Shown one piece after another: positions 10,967 through 18,049 of a stretch of DNA of 20,273 nucleotides. Source of the stretch: Acidobacteriota bacterium (GTDB taxonomy: Bacteria; Acidobacteriota; Thermoanaerobaculia; UBA5066); NCBI GenBank assembly GCA_016789625.1, contig JAEUQS010000195.1, positions 1 through 20,273 on the forward strand, in the 5' to 3' direction. The notes beneath the pieces are model-generated. The model had not been told where the DNA came from. It searched no databases and was given only the letters and a program-made list of their open reading frames with translations. Position 1 is the first letter of the stretch. The number at the start of each line of letters is the position of its first letter. Made by a program: the position numbers and the translations under genes.

Positions 10967-11681
10967 ACGCCGTCTGGCGGCGTGCGGCCTTGCGAGGCGG
11001 CCGCGCCCGGGATACGGGCGGCCGCGCCCGGGACCCGGCCGGCTGGCGGATCGTTGCCTTCTTCCCGCCACCGTCGCGCAGGAGCCCCCGGCGGAGGATG
11101 TCGGCGATCTCGCCCAGCACCGCGTCGGTGTTCTTGCCGAAGTGGTGCGGCACGTTGAAGAGCACCTCGACCGCGAAGTAGTTCAGGAAGATGCGGCTCG
11201 TGAGCATGATGGCCGAGAGCGCCGAGATGCCCGGCTGGAGCTTCTTCTCGAGCTCGAGCGCGGGGTTCTTCGAAAGGAAGGCCTCGAAGCGCTCGGCCAT
11301 GCTCGCGTAGAACTTGCGAATGTGCTCGCCGTCGAACTCCACGACGTCGACGTAGATGAGCGCGACGTGAGGCCGGTACCGAGTGACGCTCTCCCGAGCG
11401 GCGAGGCCCAGAGCCTCGAGGTCGTCGGGAAAAGCGCCCGCGGCGAGCGCGGCGTTCATGGGGTAGTCGGGGCTCGAGATGGCCTCCCAGTACTGGTCGA
11501 GGAGCGTGCGGAACAGCGTCTCCTTGTCGGGGTAGTGGTGGTAGACGCTGCCCGTGGAGACGCCCGCGGCCTCGGCGATATCGCGCATGCTCGTCGCCCG
11601 GTAGCCCTGATGCGAGAAGAGCGCGAGCGCCGCGCTCTCGATCGCGCTCCGCGCCCGGCGGGTTCTCTCGTCCTGCTGCAC
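10965..11681 (-). CDS. TetR/AcrR-family transcriptional regulator with a basic Pro/Arg-rich C-terminal tail.
   Basis: HTH region RTRRARSAIESAALALFSHQGYRATSMRDIAEAAGVSTGSVYHHYPDKETLF. The start is uncertain: either GTG at 11681 (MQQDERTRRAR...) or TTG at 11717. The longer ORF running to 11948 overlaps the upstream gene and has poor GC3, so it is rejected. Confidence 0.7.
   Translation of the reverse strand: MQQDERTRRARSAIESAALALFSHQGYRATSMRDIAEAAGVSTGSVYHHYPDKETLFRTLLDQYWEAISSPDYPMNAALAAGAFPDDLEALGLAARESVTRYRPHVALIYVDVVEFDGEHIRKFYASMAERFEAFLSKNPALELEKKLQPGISALSAIMLTSRIFLNYFAVEVLFNVPHHFGKNTDAVLGEIADILRRGLLRDGGGKKATIRQPAGSRARPPVSRARPPRKAARRQTA
10996..11037. repeat. Tandem 21-bp direct repeat (2 copies) within the TetR 3' coding tail.
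   Basis: ggcggccgcgcccgggatacg and ggcggccgcgcccgggacccg are 19/21 identical. On the minus strand they encode duplicated SRARPP(V/R) units in the basic, Pro-rich C-terminal tail. Confidence 0.5.
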
Positions 11682-11737
11682 GGTGAGGAAGCTACGCGCG
11701 ACGGCAACCTGCGTCAACGCGGCAGACGCATCAGCAC

Positions 11738-12133
11738 TCAGTAGATGCCGACGGGCCGGGAGGCATCGTAGGTCTCCGTGAGATCCAGGTTCACGAGCAG
11801 GGTCTCCTTCGAGCTCGCCGGGATCTGCACCACCCAGTCGCCGCGCTCGTTGCGCAGCTCCGAGGCGAAGAGCTTTCTCTTCGAGCGGACGGTGAAGACC
11901 TCCCAGAAAACCATGCCGAACTGAAGTACCGGCGGTCGAAAGCACCACGCTCCCACGCGCGTCCCGACGTCGACCGGGATCTCGGCGACCGTCAGTCTCT
12001 GGAATCCCAGACGCACGGCGTGCTCCTCGAAGCTCTGCACCAGGTCTTCCGGCAGCTCGTGGCGGCCCCGCTTCACGTTGCGCCCCAGGAGGAGATCCGA
12101 AAGCGCGGCCAGGGCCTCGACGTGCTCGTTCAC
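11738..12133 (-). CDS. Hypothetical small protein (~131 aa) upstream of the TetR gene and probably co-transcribed with it.
   Basis: The ORF is open to 12208, but GC3 bias begins only at the GTG at 12133 (MNEHVEALAALSDLLL...), which is preceded by GGGAG. It has no recognizable family signature. Confidence 0.5.
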   Translation of the reverse strand: MNEHVEALAALSDLLLGRNVKRGRHELPEDLVQSFEEHAVRLGFQRLTVAEIPVDVGTRVGAWCFRPPVLQFGMVFWEVFTVRSKRKLFASELRNERGDWVVQIPASSKETLLVNLDLTETYDASRPVGIY

Positions 12134-12155
12134 GCTCCCGACTCTACGCCCTAGG

Positions 12156-12196
12156 GCGATCCGAAGGATCGCTTTAGGCAGTCCTGCCGGACTGCC
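12156..12196. promoter_or_regulatory. Two perfect palindromes (candidate TetR operators) in the divergent intergenic region.
   Basis: gcgatcc-gaa-ggatcgc (12156-12172, 7-3-7) and ggcagtcc-tgcc-ggactgcc (12177-12196, 8-4-8) sit between the minus-strand hypothetical/TetR operon (start 12133) and the plus-strand GT51 gene (start 12215). Confidence 0.4.
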
Positions 12197-12214
12197 AGCT
12201 CGTACCATGGGCCG

Positions 12215-13993
12215 ATGCCTTCAGCAGATGAGGCTCCGCGGATTCCCCGAAGCCGCCGGCGCGCCGCCCTGGTTGCCATCGGGGCGATCCTGGTGCTGCT
12301 GTTGGGCCTCTTCGGACCTCCCTTCGCGGCACGCCGTGTGGGGGATCGGCTGAAGTCCGAGGCGGCGCGCCGGGGCGTGGCTCTGACGTTCTCCCGCGCG
12401 CGCTTCGCGTGGCCCGGCGCGTTCGTGCTCGAGGATCTCGCCGCGCGAAAGGGCGAGCTTCGCCTCGAGGCCCGGAGCCTCGGAGTGGTACTCGCTTTCG
12501 GCGGGCGCGATCCGCTCGGGTGGGTCTCTGCGCTCGACGTGAGCGGCGGGCGCGTTCTCCATGCGCGTGGTTTCTCCGTGGATCTCGCGGACGGCCGCAC
12601 CGAGCTGCCCGTGCTCACCCGCGAGTTCGCAGTGCTGACGCGCGAGGGGGCAGGCAGCCTTCATCTCCGCGCCGTTCCCGGAGGCGCCGAGCTGTCGTTG
12701 AAATCGCTCGACGCGCCGCGCTGGGGAACCGTGAAGAAGGCTGGCCGGCCGTTCCTCGTGCCGGGACGTCTGCACGGAGTTCTCCGTGCCACGCGCGTGG
12801 TGCCTGGTGGAGACGTCTACGAGATGCGCGTTCACGTTCATGCGAAGGGCCTGCGTCTGCCGTCTCTCGGCGAGGAGGCCGGGCTCGGAGCGCCGGTGAA
12901 CCTGGAGGTCTCGGCGGAGGCGCTCGTGGACCTCCCGCTACGGAGGCTCGTCGTGAGGTGCTGGCAGGCGGAGGGGCAGGGGCTGGAGGCCCGCGGCACC
13001 GCGCTCCTCTTCGTGACGGAAGGCGACGCGATCGTGGACCTCGACCTGCATGTGCCCGAGGTGCGCTTGAAAGAGCTCCTCTCGGCGTCGGGAGCGCCGC
13101 CGCCCGACGCGCTGGCCGGCAGCAGCGACCTCGGCAGCCTGAAGCTCGACTACCGGCTCTCGGGGCACCTCAAGGATCCGCAGTCGCTGCTCGTGGAGGA
13201 CGACCTGCGCTTCCGCTCTCCCGAGGAGCTTCCGCCGGCGCTCCTGGCCCTGCGGGGTCCGTTCGTCCACCGCGTGACGTACCCGGACTGCGTGGTCGAC
13301 ATCGACCTTCGCGACGGGGCTCCCGGGTTCGTGCCCCTCGTGCGCGTTCCACCTCTCTTCGTGAGGGCGCTGACGATCTCGGAGGACGCGGGCTTCTTCT
13401 CCCACGAAGGCCTCGACCTCCGCGAGCTGCCCGTCGCGCTCGCGACGAACTGGATCCGTGGCGAGTCCGCGCGCGGCGGCTCGACGATCTCGCAGCAGCT
13501 CGCGAAGAACCTCTTCCTCTCGCGCGAGAAGACCGTCGCGCGAAAGGTGCGCGAGGCCGCGCTCACGCTGCTCCTCGAATCCGCGCTCACCAAGGAGCGC
13601 ATCCTCGAGATCTACCTCAACGTGATCGAGTGGGGCCCCAAGGTCCACGGGCTCGGCCCTGCGTGCCGCTTCTACTTCGGCAAGCCGCCGGAGGCGCTCA
13701 CGCCCAAGGAAATGGCGTTCCTCGTGTCCCTCATTCCGGGGCCCGTGAAGTACCAGTCCTCGATTGCCGGGGGCACGCTCCGCCCGGGCTTCGCGCGGCT
13801 CGTCGTGAACGTGCTCGCGAAGCTTCGCTCCGTGGATGCCCTGACCGAGGAGGAATACCTGGCGGCGCGGGACGAGGAGCTGGGACTCTTCGGCAGAGTC
13901 CCGGCTCCGAAGCCCGCGCCCGTGGAAGCTGTCGAGCCGGTCGAGTCTCCTACGCCTTCACCGGAGTCAGAACCCTCTCGATCGCGGCCCTGA
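12215..13993 (+). CDS. Peptidoglycan glycosyltransferase (GT51 transglycosylase domain) with an N-terminal TM anchor and a ~370-aa N-terminal domain of unknown function.
   Basis: 592 aa. The C-terminal region carries the GT51 motifs EDAGFFSHEGLD, GGSTISQQLAKNLFL, RKVREAALTLLLE and YLNVIEWG. The N-terminus has a TM anchor, RRRAALVAIGAILVLLLGLFGPPF. The low-complexity tail PAPKPAPVEAVEPVESPTPSPESEPS is Pro/Glu-rich. Confidence 0.8.
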   Translation: MPSADEAPRIPRSRRRAALVAIGAILVLLLGLFGPPFAARRVGDRLKSEAARRGVALTFSRARFAWPGAFVLEDLAARKGELRLEARSLGVVLAFGGRDPLGWVSALDVSGGRVLHARGFSVDLADGRTELPVLTREFAVLTREGAGSLHLRAVPGGAELSLKSLDAPRWGTVKKAGRPFLVPGRLHGVLRATRVVPGGDVYEMRVHVHAKGLRLPSLGEEAGLGAPVNLEVSAEALVDLPLRRLVVRCWQAEGQGLEARGTALLFVTEGDAIVDLDLHVPEVRLKELLSASGAPPPDALAGSSDLGSLKLDYRLSGHLKDPQSLLVEDDLRFRSPEELPPALLALRGPFVHRVTYPDCVVDIDLRDGAPGFVPLVRVPPLFVRALTISEDAGFFSHEGLDLRELPVALATNWIRGESARGGSTISQQLAKNLFLSREKTVARKVREAALTLLLESALTKERILEIYLNVIEWGPKVHGLGPACRFYFGKPPEALTPKEMAFLVSLIPGPVKYQSSIAGGTLRPGFARLVVNVLAKLRSVDALTEEEYLAARDEELGLFGRVPAPKPAPVEAVEPVESPTPSPESEPSRSRP

Positions 13994-15263
13994 CGCGGGG
14001 CAGCCCGTCGGCGATCTCCTGGAGCGTCACGGCGCCCACGGAGAGGCGGAACCAGCCCGTGTCCTCGCGGAGCCCGAAGGCCTGGAACGGCACGATCGCG
14101 AACCCGGCCTCGTCGAGAAGGAGCCTGCGGATCTGGTCGTTCCTCGTGATGGTCTCGCCGTTCCAGGTGCGGCCGAAGAGATCGAAGCGCGCGGAGAGGT
14201 AGATCGCGCCCTGCGGAGCGACCGTCTCGACGGGCAGCCCGGCGGTGCGCATGGCCGCGAAGCCCGACGCGAGGGCGTCCAGCCGGGCCTGCACGCCTTC
14301 CTTGACCTTCGACTGGAACGCGCCGCGCACGTCGGGGGCGTCGAGGAGCTTCGCCGTCGCGAGCTGCTCGGCCTTGGGCGCCCACGCGCCCACGTGGCCG
14401 AGGATGTCGGCCATGCGGCGGCGCATCGCGGGCGGCATCACGCCCCAGCCGACGCGCAGACCGGTGGCGCAGAACGCCTTCGAGATCGCGTCGAGGAGGA
14501 CGACGTACGGCGCCGACTCGGGCACGAGGCCCACGGGTGTCACGTGGCGGGCCGAGCCGAACGTCAGGGTCCAGTAGACCTGATCCCACACGAAGTAGAG
14601 CGGCCGCGCGCCCGAGGCCTCGCGCCGCCTGTTCTCCTCCACCACGAGAAGCGTGATCTTGCGGACCTCTTCCGGGTCCATCACGGTGCCGCAGGGGTTG
14701 AGAGGGGAATTGAGGCTGAGGAGCCGAGCCTCGCCGAGGTGGGGCGCGAGCTGCTCGGCGGTGGGGAAGAAGTTCGAATCCGCGCCCACGGGGATCTCGA
14801 TGGCCCGCGCGCCCGAGAGGTACGCGTAGTGGTTGTTGTTCCAGGACGGCACGGGATACACGACGACGTCGCCCCGGTCGACGAGCGTGGTGTAGGCGCC
14901 GTAGAGCATGGGGCGCGCGCCGCCGGTGACGAGGATCGAGTCGACGGGATACAGGATCCCGAGCTCCTGCTCGTAGTAGCGCACGATGGCTTCCCGCAGA
15001 GGCAGCACGCCGTCCGAAGGCGGATAGTTCGTCTGGCCTTCCTGGAGCGCGTCCCGCGTCCAGCCGAGGAGCTCCTCGGGAATGGGGAACGACGCGGGGT
15101 CGAAGTCGCCGACGGTGAGGTTCAGCACCGCGGCGCCCTTGGCCTTCATCGCGCGGACTTCGGCCGCGATCTTGAGGATCTCCGAACCGACGACGCCACG
15201 GGCCAGGGTCGAGAGACCGGCGTCGGCGCGATCGGGGCTTGCGAAGAATGCGTTCATGTCCAT
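13950..15263 (-). CDS. PLP-dependent class I/II aminotransferase (aspartate/aromatic aminotransferase-like).
   Basis: The PLP-lysine lies in the motif ISKAFCATGLRVGW, and the fold-type I pattern (VTGGARPMLY..., NSPLNPCG) is present. The start is taken as ATG 15263 (MDMNAF...) because the upstream part of the 473-aa ORF has poor GC3. It overlaps the GT51 gene 3' end convergently by 44 bp. Confidence 0.8.
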   Translation of the reverse strand: MDMNAFFASPDRADAGLSTLARGVVGSEILKIAAEVRAMKAKGAAVLNLTVGDFDPASFPIPEELLGWTRDALQEGQTNYPPSDGVLPLREAIVRYYEQELGILYPVDSILVTGGARPMLYGAYTTLVDRGDVVVYPVPSWNNNHYAYLSGARAIEIPVGADSNFFPTAEQLAPHLGEARLLSLNSPLNPCGTVMDPEEVRKITLLVVEENRRREASGARPLYFVWDQVYWTLTFGSARHVTPVGLVPESAPYVVLLDAISKAFCATGLRVGWGVMPPAMRRRMADILGHVGAWAPKAEQLATAKLLDAPDVRGAFQSKVKEGVQARLDALASGFAAMRTAGLPVETVAPQGAIYLSARFDLFGRTWNGETITRNDQIRRLLLDEAGFAIVPFQAFGLREDTGWFRLSVGAVTLQEIADGLPRVRAAIERVLTPVKA

Positions 15264-15322
15264 AACGGCGGCGGAGTGTATCGGACCGATCGGGAAAAAG
15301 AAGGAAAGTGAAGGGCCCTCCC

Positions 15323-15350
15323 TTGACAAACTCCGATTGCGGACTATGTT
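15323..15350 (+). promoter_or_regulatory. Sigma70-like promoter, TTGACA-N16-TATGTT.
   Basis: A consensus -35 TTGACA lies at 15323-15328 and a -10 TATGTT at 15345-15350, in a locally AT-rich stretch (~50% GC). It points away from the aminotransferase gene and toward the sORF and terminator. Confidence 0.4.
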
Positions 15351-15369
15351 GGTTGGCTCGGTGATTGCC

Positions 15370-15462
15370 ATGAAACAGCGAACCCAATATCGGATTCTCC
15401 CGGTCGCGGAACACGCAGCTCCGGCTGTGCTGTGCGACTTCCCCTGGGAGAACGTCTTCTAA
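15370..15462 (+). other. Candidate small ORF (30 aa, MKQRTQYRILPVAEHAAPAVLCDFPWENVF), or alternatively a small RNA, lying between the promoter and the terminator.
   Basis: It is the only in-frame ATG downstream of the predicted transcription start. It has TAA at 15460-15462, a weak GGTGA Shine-Dalgarno-like element, and a terminator 30 nt downstream. Its coding status is unproven. Confidence 0.2.
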
Positions 15463-15491
15463 GTCGCTCGGATTCTGCCGGCTCTCTGCTG

Positions 15492-15532
15492 GCCCTCCGA
15501 GCTCCTGAAGCTCGGAGGGCTTTTTCGTTTTC
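15492..15532 (+). terminator. Strong Rho-independent terminator (12-bp perfect stem, 5-nt loop, T-rich tail).
   Basis: gccctccgagct-cctga-agctcggagggc (15492-15520) is followed by TTTTTcgTTTTc (15521-15532). Confidence 0.7.
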
Positions 15533-15817
15533 TCCTCAACCTTGCCGCGGCTCCGCCCGTTCCGGGCTTCGCACCCGAAAGGAGGAATGGTGTCCTTCCC
15601 TGTGCCGGGTGTGCGCGGGGCAACAGACGCCTCGAACAGTCACGACATCACAGTCGATCCCACCGGGCCGGCGGCGCCGGCGGTCTCTGACCGCACGGCG
15701 TTCCGCGCACGGGTTCTGACGAAGGTGGAATCGAGATCGCGAGACGAGGCGCCCGGGGTGGGCGCGAAGCGTCGCGGCGCAGCGGCCTTTGGGGCGGGTT
15801 CGACTCCCGTCGTCTCC

Positions 15818-15890
15818 GTGCGGGTAGCTCAATTGGCAGAGCACTGGACCAAGGATCCAGATGTAGCGGGTTCGAGTCCCGCCCCACCAC
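15818..15890 (+). tRNA. tRNA-like element, possibly a tRNA pseudogene or remnant.
   Basis: A canonical D-arm (TA-GCTC-AATTGGCA-GAGC), a 5-bp anticodon stem CTGGA/TCCAG with loop CCAAGGA, and a T-arm GCGGG-TTCGAGT-CCCGC are all readable. The acceptor stem, however, pairs only 3/7 in my hand fold, and position 33 is C, which is non-canonical. A second T-arm-like copy (GCGGGTTCGACTCCCGTC) lies at 15794-15811. Confidence 0.4.
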
Positions 15891-16270
15891 AACCGCCTGA
15901 AAAGCGGCACGGTTTCATCGAACCTCCGGAAGGCGTCATCGCACGAGCTCCCTCCCGCAGAGCATCCCGGGTCTCTGCGCATGGGAACGGCGTGGGCGGC
16001 CTTGCAGACGCGACGGCAACGGTCACGACCTGTTGGGGCTCCGCCCCTTCGGGCCTCCGCACCTGGCAGGACAGCACGGCTCTCCTGCGACAGACGGACC
16101 GCGACACCGCGTCTCCGCTCGCTCCGCCGGGCAGTCCGGAAGGACTGCCTCAGGCGATCCATTCGGATCGCACGGGCGACGCGACGGCGGCCTTCCGGAG
16201 GTTCCCCTCACGGCCCCATCCGCAACCACCCAACGGTCCGCGAAAGTGTCGCGGAGAAAAGGAGAGGCCC

Positions 16271-17383
16271 ATGTACACGCTCTTCCTTCAGAGGGTGCGC
16301 GTGCGGTCCGATCAGCGCGCGTTCGTTTTCCGGTTCGGAGAGCTGACGCGCCTTCTCGGGCCCGGCGCGCACGTTCTGCCCGGCTCGCTCTTCGGCGTGC
16401 GCGTCGATACCGTCGACGTTCGCGAGGTGGCGCTCACGCGTCCGTTCCTCGATGCGGCCGTCCGCAAGGGCGTCCTCGGCACCGAGGCGCGGATCCTGGA
16501 TCTCGCCGACCACGAGCGCGCTCTCGTGTGGGTGGACGGCCGCTTCCACGCCGTCCTCCGGCCCGGCCTCCACGTTCTCTGGACGGTGCTCCACGACGTG
16601 GTGGTCGAGCGGGTGGACGCGCGGGGCCTGCGGCTCGAGTCGAGCGCCATCGCTTCGATCCTCGCGTCGCCGTCGGCGCGCGAGGCTCTCGACGTCTACG
16701 CGGTCGAGGCCGGCCAGATGGGGCTTCTCTTCCGCGACGGGGCGCTCGCGGCGTCGCTCGGCTCCGGAACGTACGCGTTCTGGAAGGGCACCGGCCGCTA
16801 CCGGCTCGTCGTGGTGGACCTCAAGGAGCAGGTGCTCGACGTCAACGGCCAGGAGATCATGACCGCCGACAAGGTCACCCTCCGGCTGAATGCCGTCGTC
16901 ACGTATCGCGTCACCGACGCCCTCACGGCCGTGATGGCGGTGGACGACGTGAAGCAGGCCCTCTATCGCGAGGCGCAGCTCGCGCTTCGCGAGGCGATCG
17001 GCACGCGCGAGCTGGACGTTCTTCTCGCCGAGAAGGACGGCATCTCTCGCGTGCTCGCCGAGAGGGTTTCCGCGAAGGCCCGGGATTTCGGGGTCGTGGT
17101 GACCGGCCTCGGCATCCGCGACGTCGTGCTCCCCGGCGAGATGAAGGACCTCCTCAACAGGGTCACGGAGGCGAGGAAGGCGTCCGAGGCGGCGCTCATC
17201 ACGCGGCGTGAGGAGACGGCGGCGATGCGCATGCAGGCCAACACGGCGAAGCTCCTCGAGGGCAACCCCACGCTCATGCGGCTGCGCGAGCTGGAGGTTC
17301 TCGAGAAGGTTGCCGCCAGGGCGAAGCTCAGCGTCGTGCTCGGCGAGAAGGGTCTCGCCGATACCGTGGTCCGGATCGTCTGA
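16271..17383 (+). CDS. SPFH/band-7 (stomatin/prohibitin/HflC-like) domain protein with no N-terminal TM helix.
   Basis: 371 aa. A strong Shine-Dalgarno, AAAAGGAGAGG, lies 4 nt before the ATG at 16271. The SPFH core and C-terminal coiled coil are present (NGQEIMTADKVTLRLNAVVTYRV..., EARKASEAALITRREETAAMRMQANTAK...). The 613-aa ORF from 15542 is rejected as an N-terminal read-through across the tRNA-like region. Confidence 0.85.
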   Translation: MYTLFLQRVRVRSDQRAFVFRFGELTRLLGPGAHVLPGSLFGVRVDTVDVREVALTRPFLDAAVRKGVLGTEARILDLADHERALVWVDGRFHAVLRPGLHVLWTVLHDVVVERVDARGLRLESSAIASILASPSAREALDVYAVEAGQMGLLFRDGALAASLGSGTYAFWKGTGRYRLVVVDLKEQVLDVNGQEIMTADKVTLRLNAVVTYRVTDALTAVMAVDDVKQALYREAQLALREAIGTRELDVLLAEKDGISRVLAERVSAKARDFGVVVTGLGIRDVVLPGEMKDLLNRVTEARKASEAALITRREETAAMRMQANTAKLLEGNPTLMRLRELEVLEKVAARAKLSVVLGEKGLADTVVRIV

Positions 17384-17385
17384 GC

Positions 17386-17417
17386 GCCCGGCAGGCAGAG
17401 CCTGCCGGGCCTTTTTT
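17386..17417 (+). terminator. Rho-independent terminator (10-bp stem, 5-nt loop, T6).
   Basis: gcccggcagg-cagag-cctgccgggc is followed by cTTTTTT (17412-17417), immediately after the SPFH stop at 17381-17383. Confidence 0.7.
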
Positions 17418-17508
17418 CCCTCGAGGGATCGCGTAGGATTCCGGCACTGCTGGTGTGGCTCCGGGCGGTTCGCCCTCCGCACCTCAATCCGTTTCGAAGA
17501 GGTGCCCG

Positions 17509-18039
17509 ATGGGAACTCCGATCACCGCGAGGAACGTGGCCAGCGCCATCTCCGTCGCCTGGGCGAACGGCCTCAACTGCTATTCGTTCGCGGCCAAGTG
17601 CAACAACCCCGGGGGCGCGGGCGCCGTGGCGTGTGTCCCCGGAGCGCGGGCCGGGGCGCCCGTGACCTCGGCGGGCATCACGATCACGAACCTCTTCCAG
17701 GCCTGCGTGGCCGACGGCTTCGAGGACGTCTCGGGCGGAGCGCTCGGCATCGCGCACAAGATGAAGACGCTGCCGGTCTGCGGCCCGGGCGAATACCTCG
17801 TCGCCGTGTTCTACGACACGCGCCGCTCGTTTCACTTCGCGCGCCAGCTCGCCGACGGCACGGCGCAGGCGCGGGAGTGGGTGCACAAGCCCTCGGCGGC
17901 GCAGGACGCCCACAACATGCAGAGCGCCTACTTCCTGGGAACGGACATCAGCAACGTGCCGTGGCTTCCGACGTTCCAGTTCGTCGGGTATCTGAAGGCC
18001 CCGAATGCCGGCGTCACCGTCAATCGGGGCGCGTTCTGA
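17509..18039 (+). CDS. Hypothetical Cys-containing protein (176 aa), possibly secreted.
   Basis: ATG at 17509 is preceded by GAAGAGG. The weakly hydrophobic N-terminus ends in AWA. The motifs GLNCYSFA...VPGAR and the later His residues faintly resemble a papain/transglutaminase-like Cys-His arrangement, but there is no firm family assignment. Confidence 0.55.
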   Translation: MGTPITARNVASAISVAWANGLNCYSFAAKCNNPGGAGAVACVPGARAGAPVTSAGITITNLFQACVADGFEDVSGGALGIAHKMKTLPVCGPGEYLVAVFYDTRRSFHFARQLADGTAQAREWVHKPSAAQDAHNMQSAYFLGTDISNVPWLPTFQFVGYLKAPNAGVTVNRGAF

Positions 18040-18049
18040 CGGGGTCGTC

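Noticed and set aside
15082-15462. A 126-aa plus-strand ORF antisense to the aminotransferase 5' end.
   Set aside because: Most of it overlaps the aminotransferase CDS on the opposite strand, with no coding bias. Only its last 30 codons fall in the orphan promoter-terminator unit and are reported separately as a candidate sORF.
15818-15890. A canonical tRNA (tRNA-Leu with anticodon AAG?).
   Set aside because: The D-arm, anticodon-arm and T-arm are present. However, the acceptor stem pairs only 3/7 in my fold, the loop has C33, and a Leu identity is incompatible with the short variable arm. It is therefore reported only as a tRNA-like or pseudo-tRNA element pending tRNAscan-SE.
15542-17383. 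A 613-aa ORF taken as an extended SPFH protein.
   Set aside because: The N-terminal 243 codons read through the tRNA-like element and a non-coding leader and have no protein signature. The strong Shine-Dalgarno (AAAAGGAGAGG) and homology both begin at ATG 16271.
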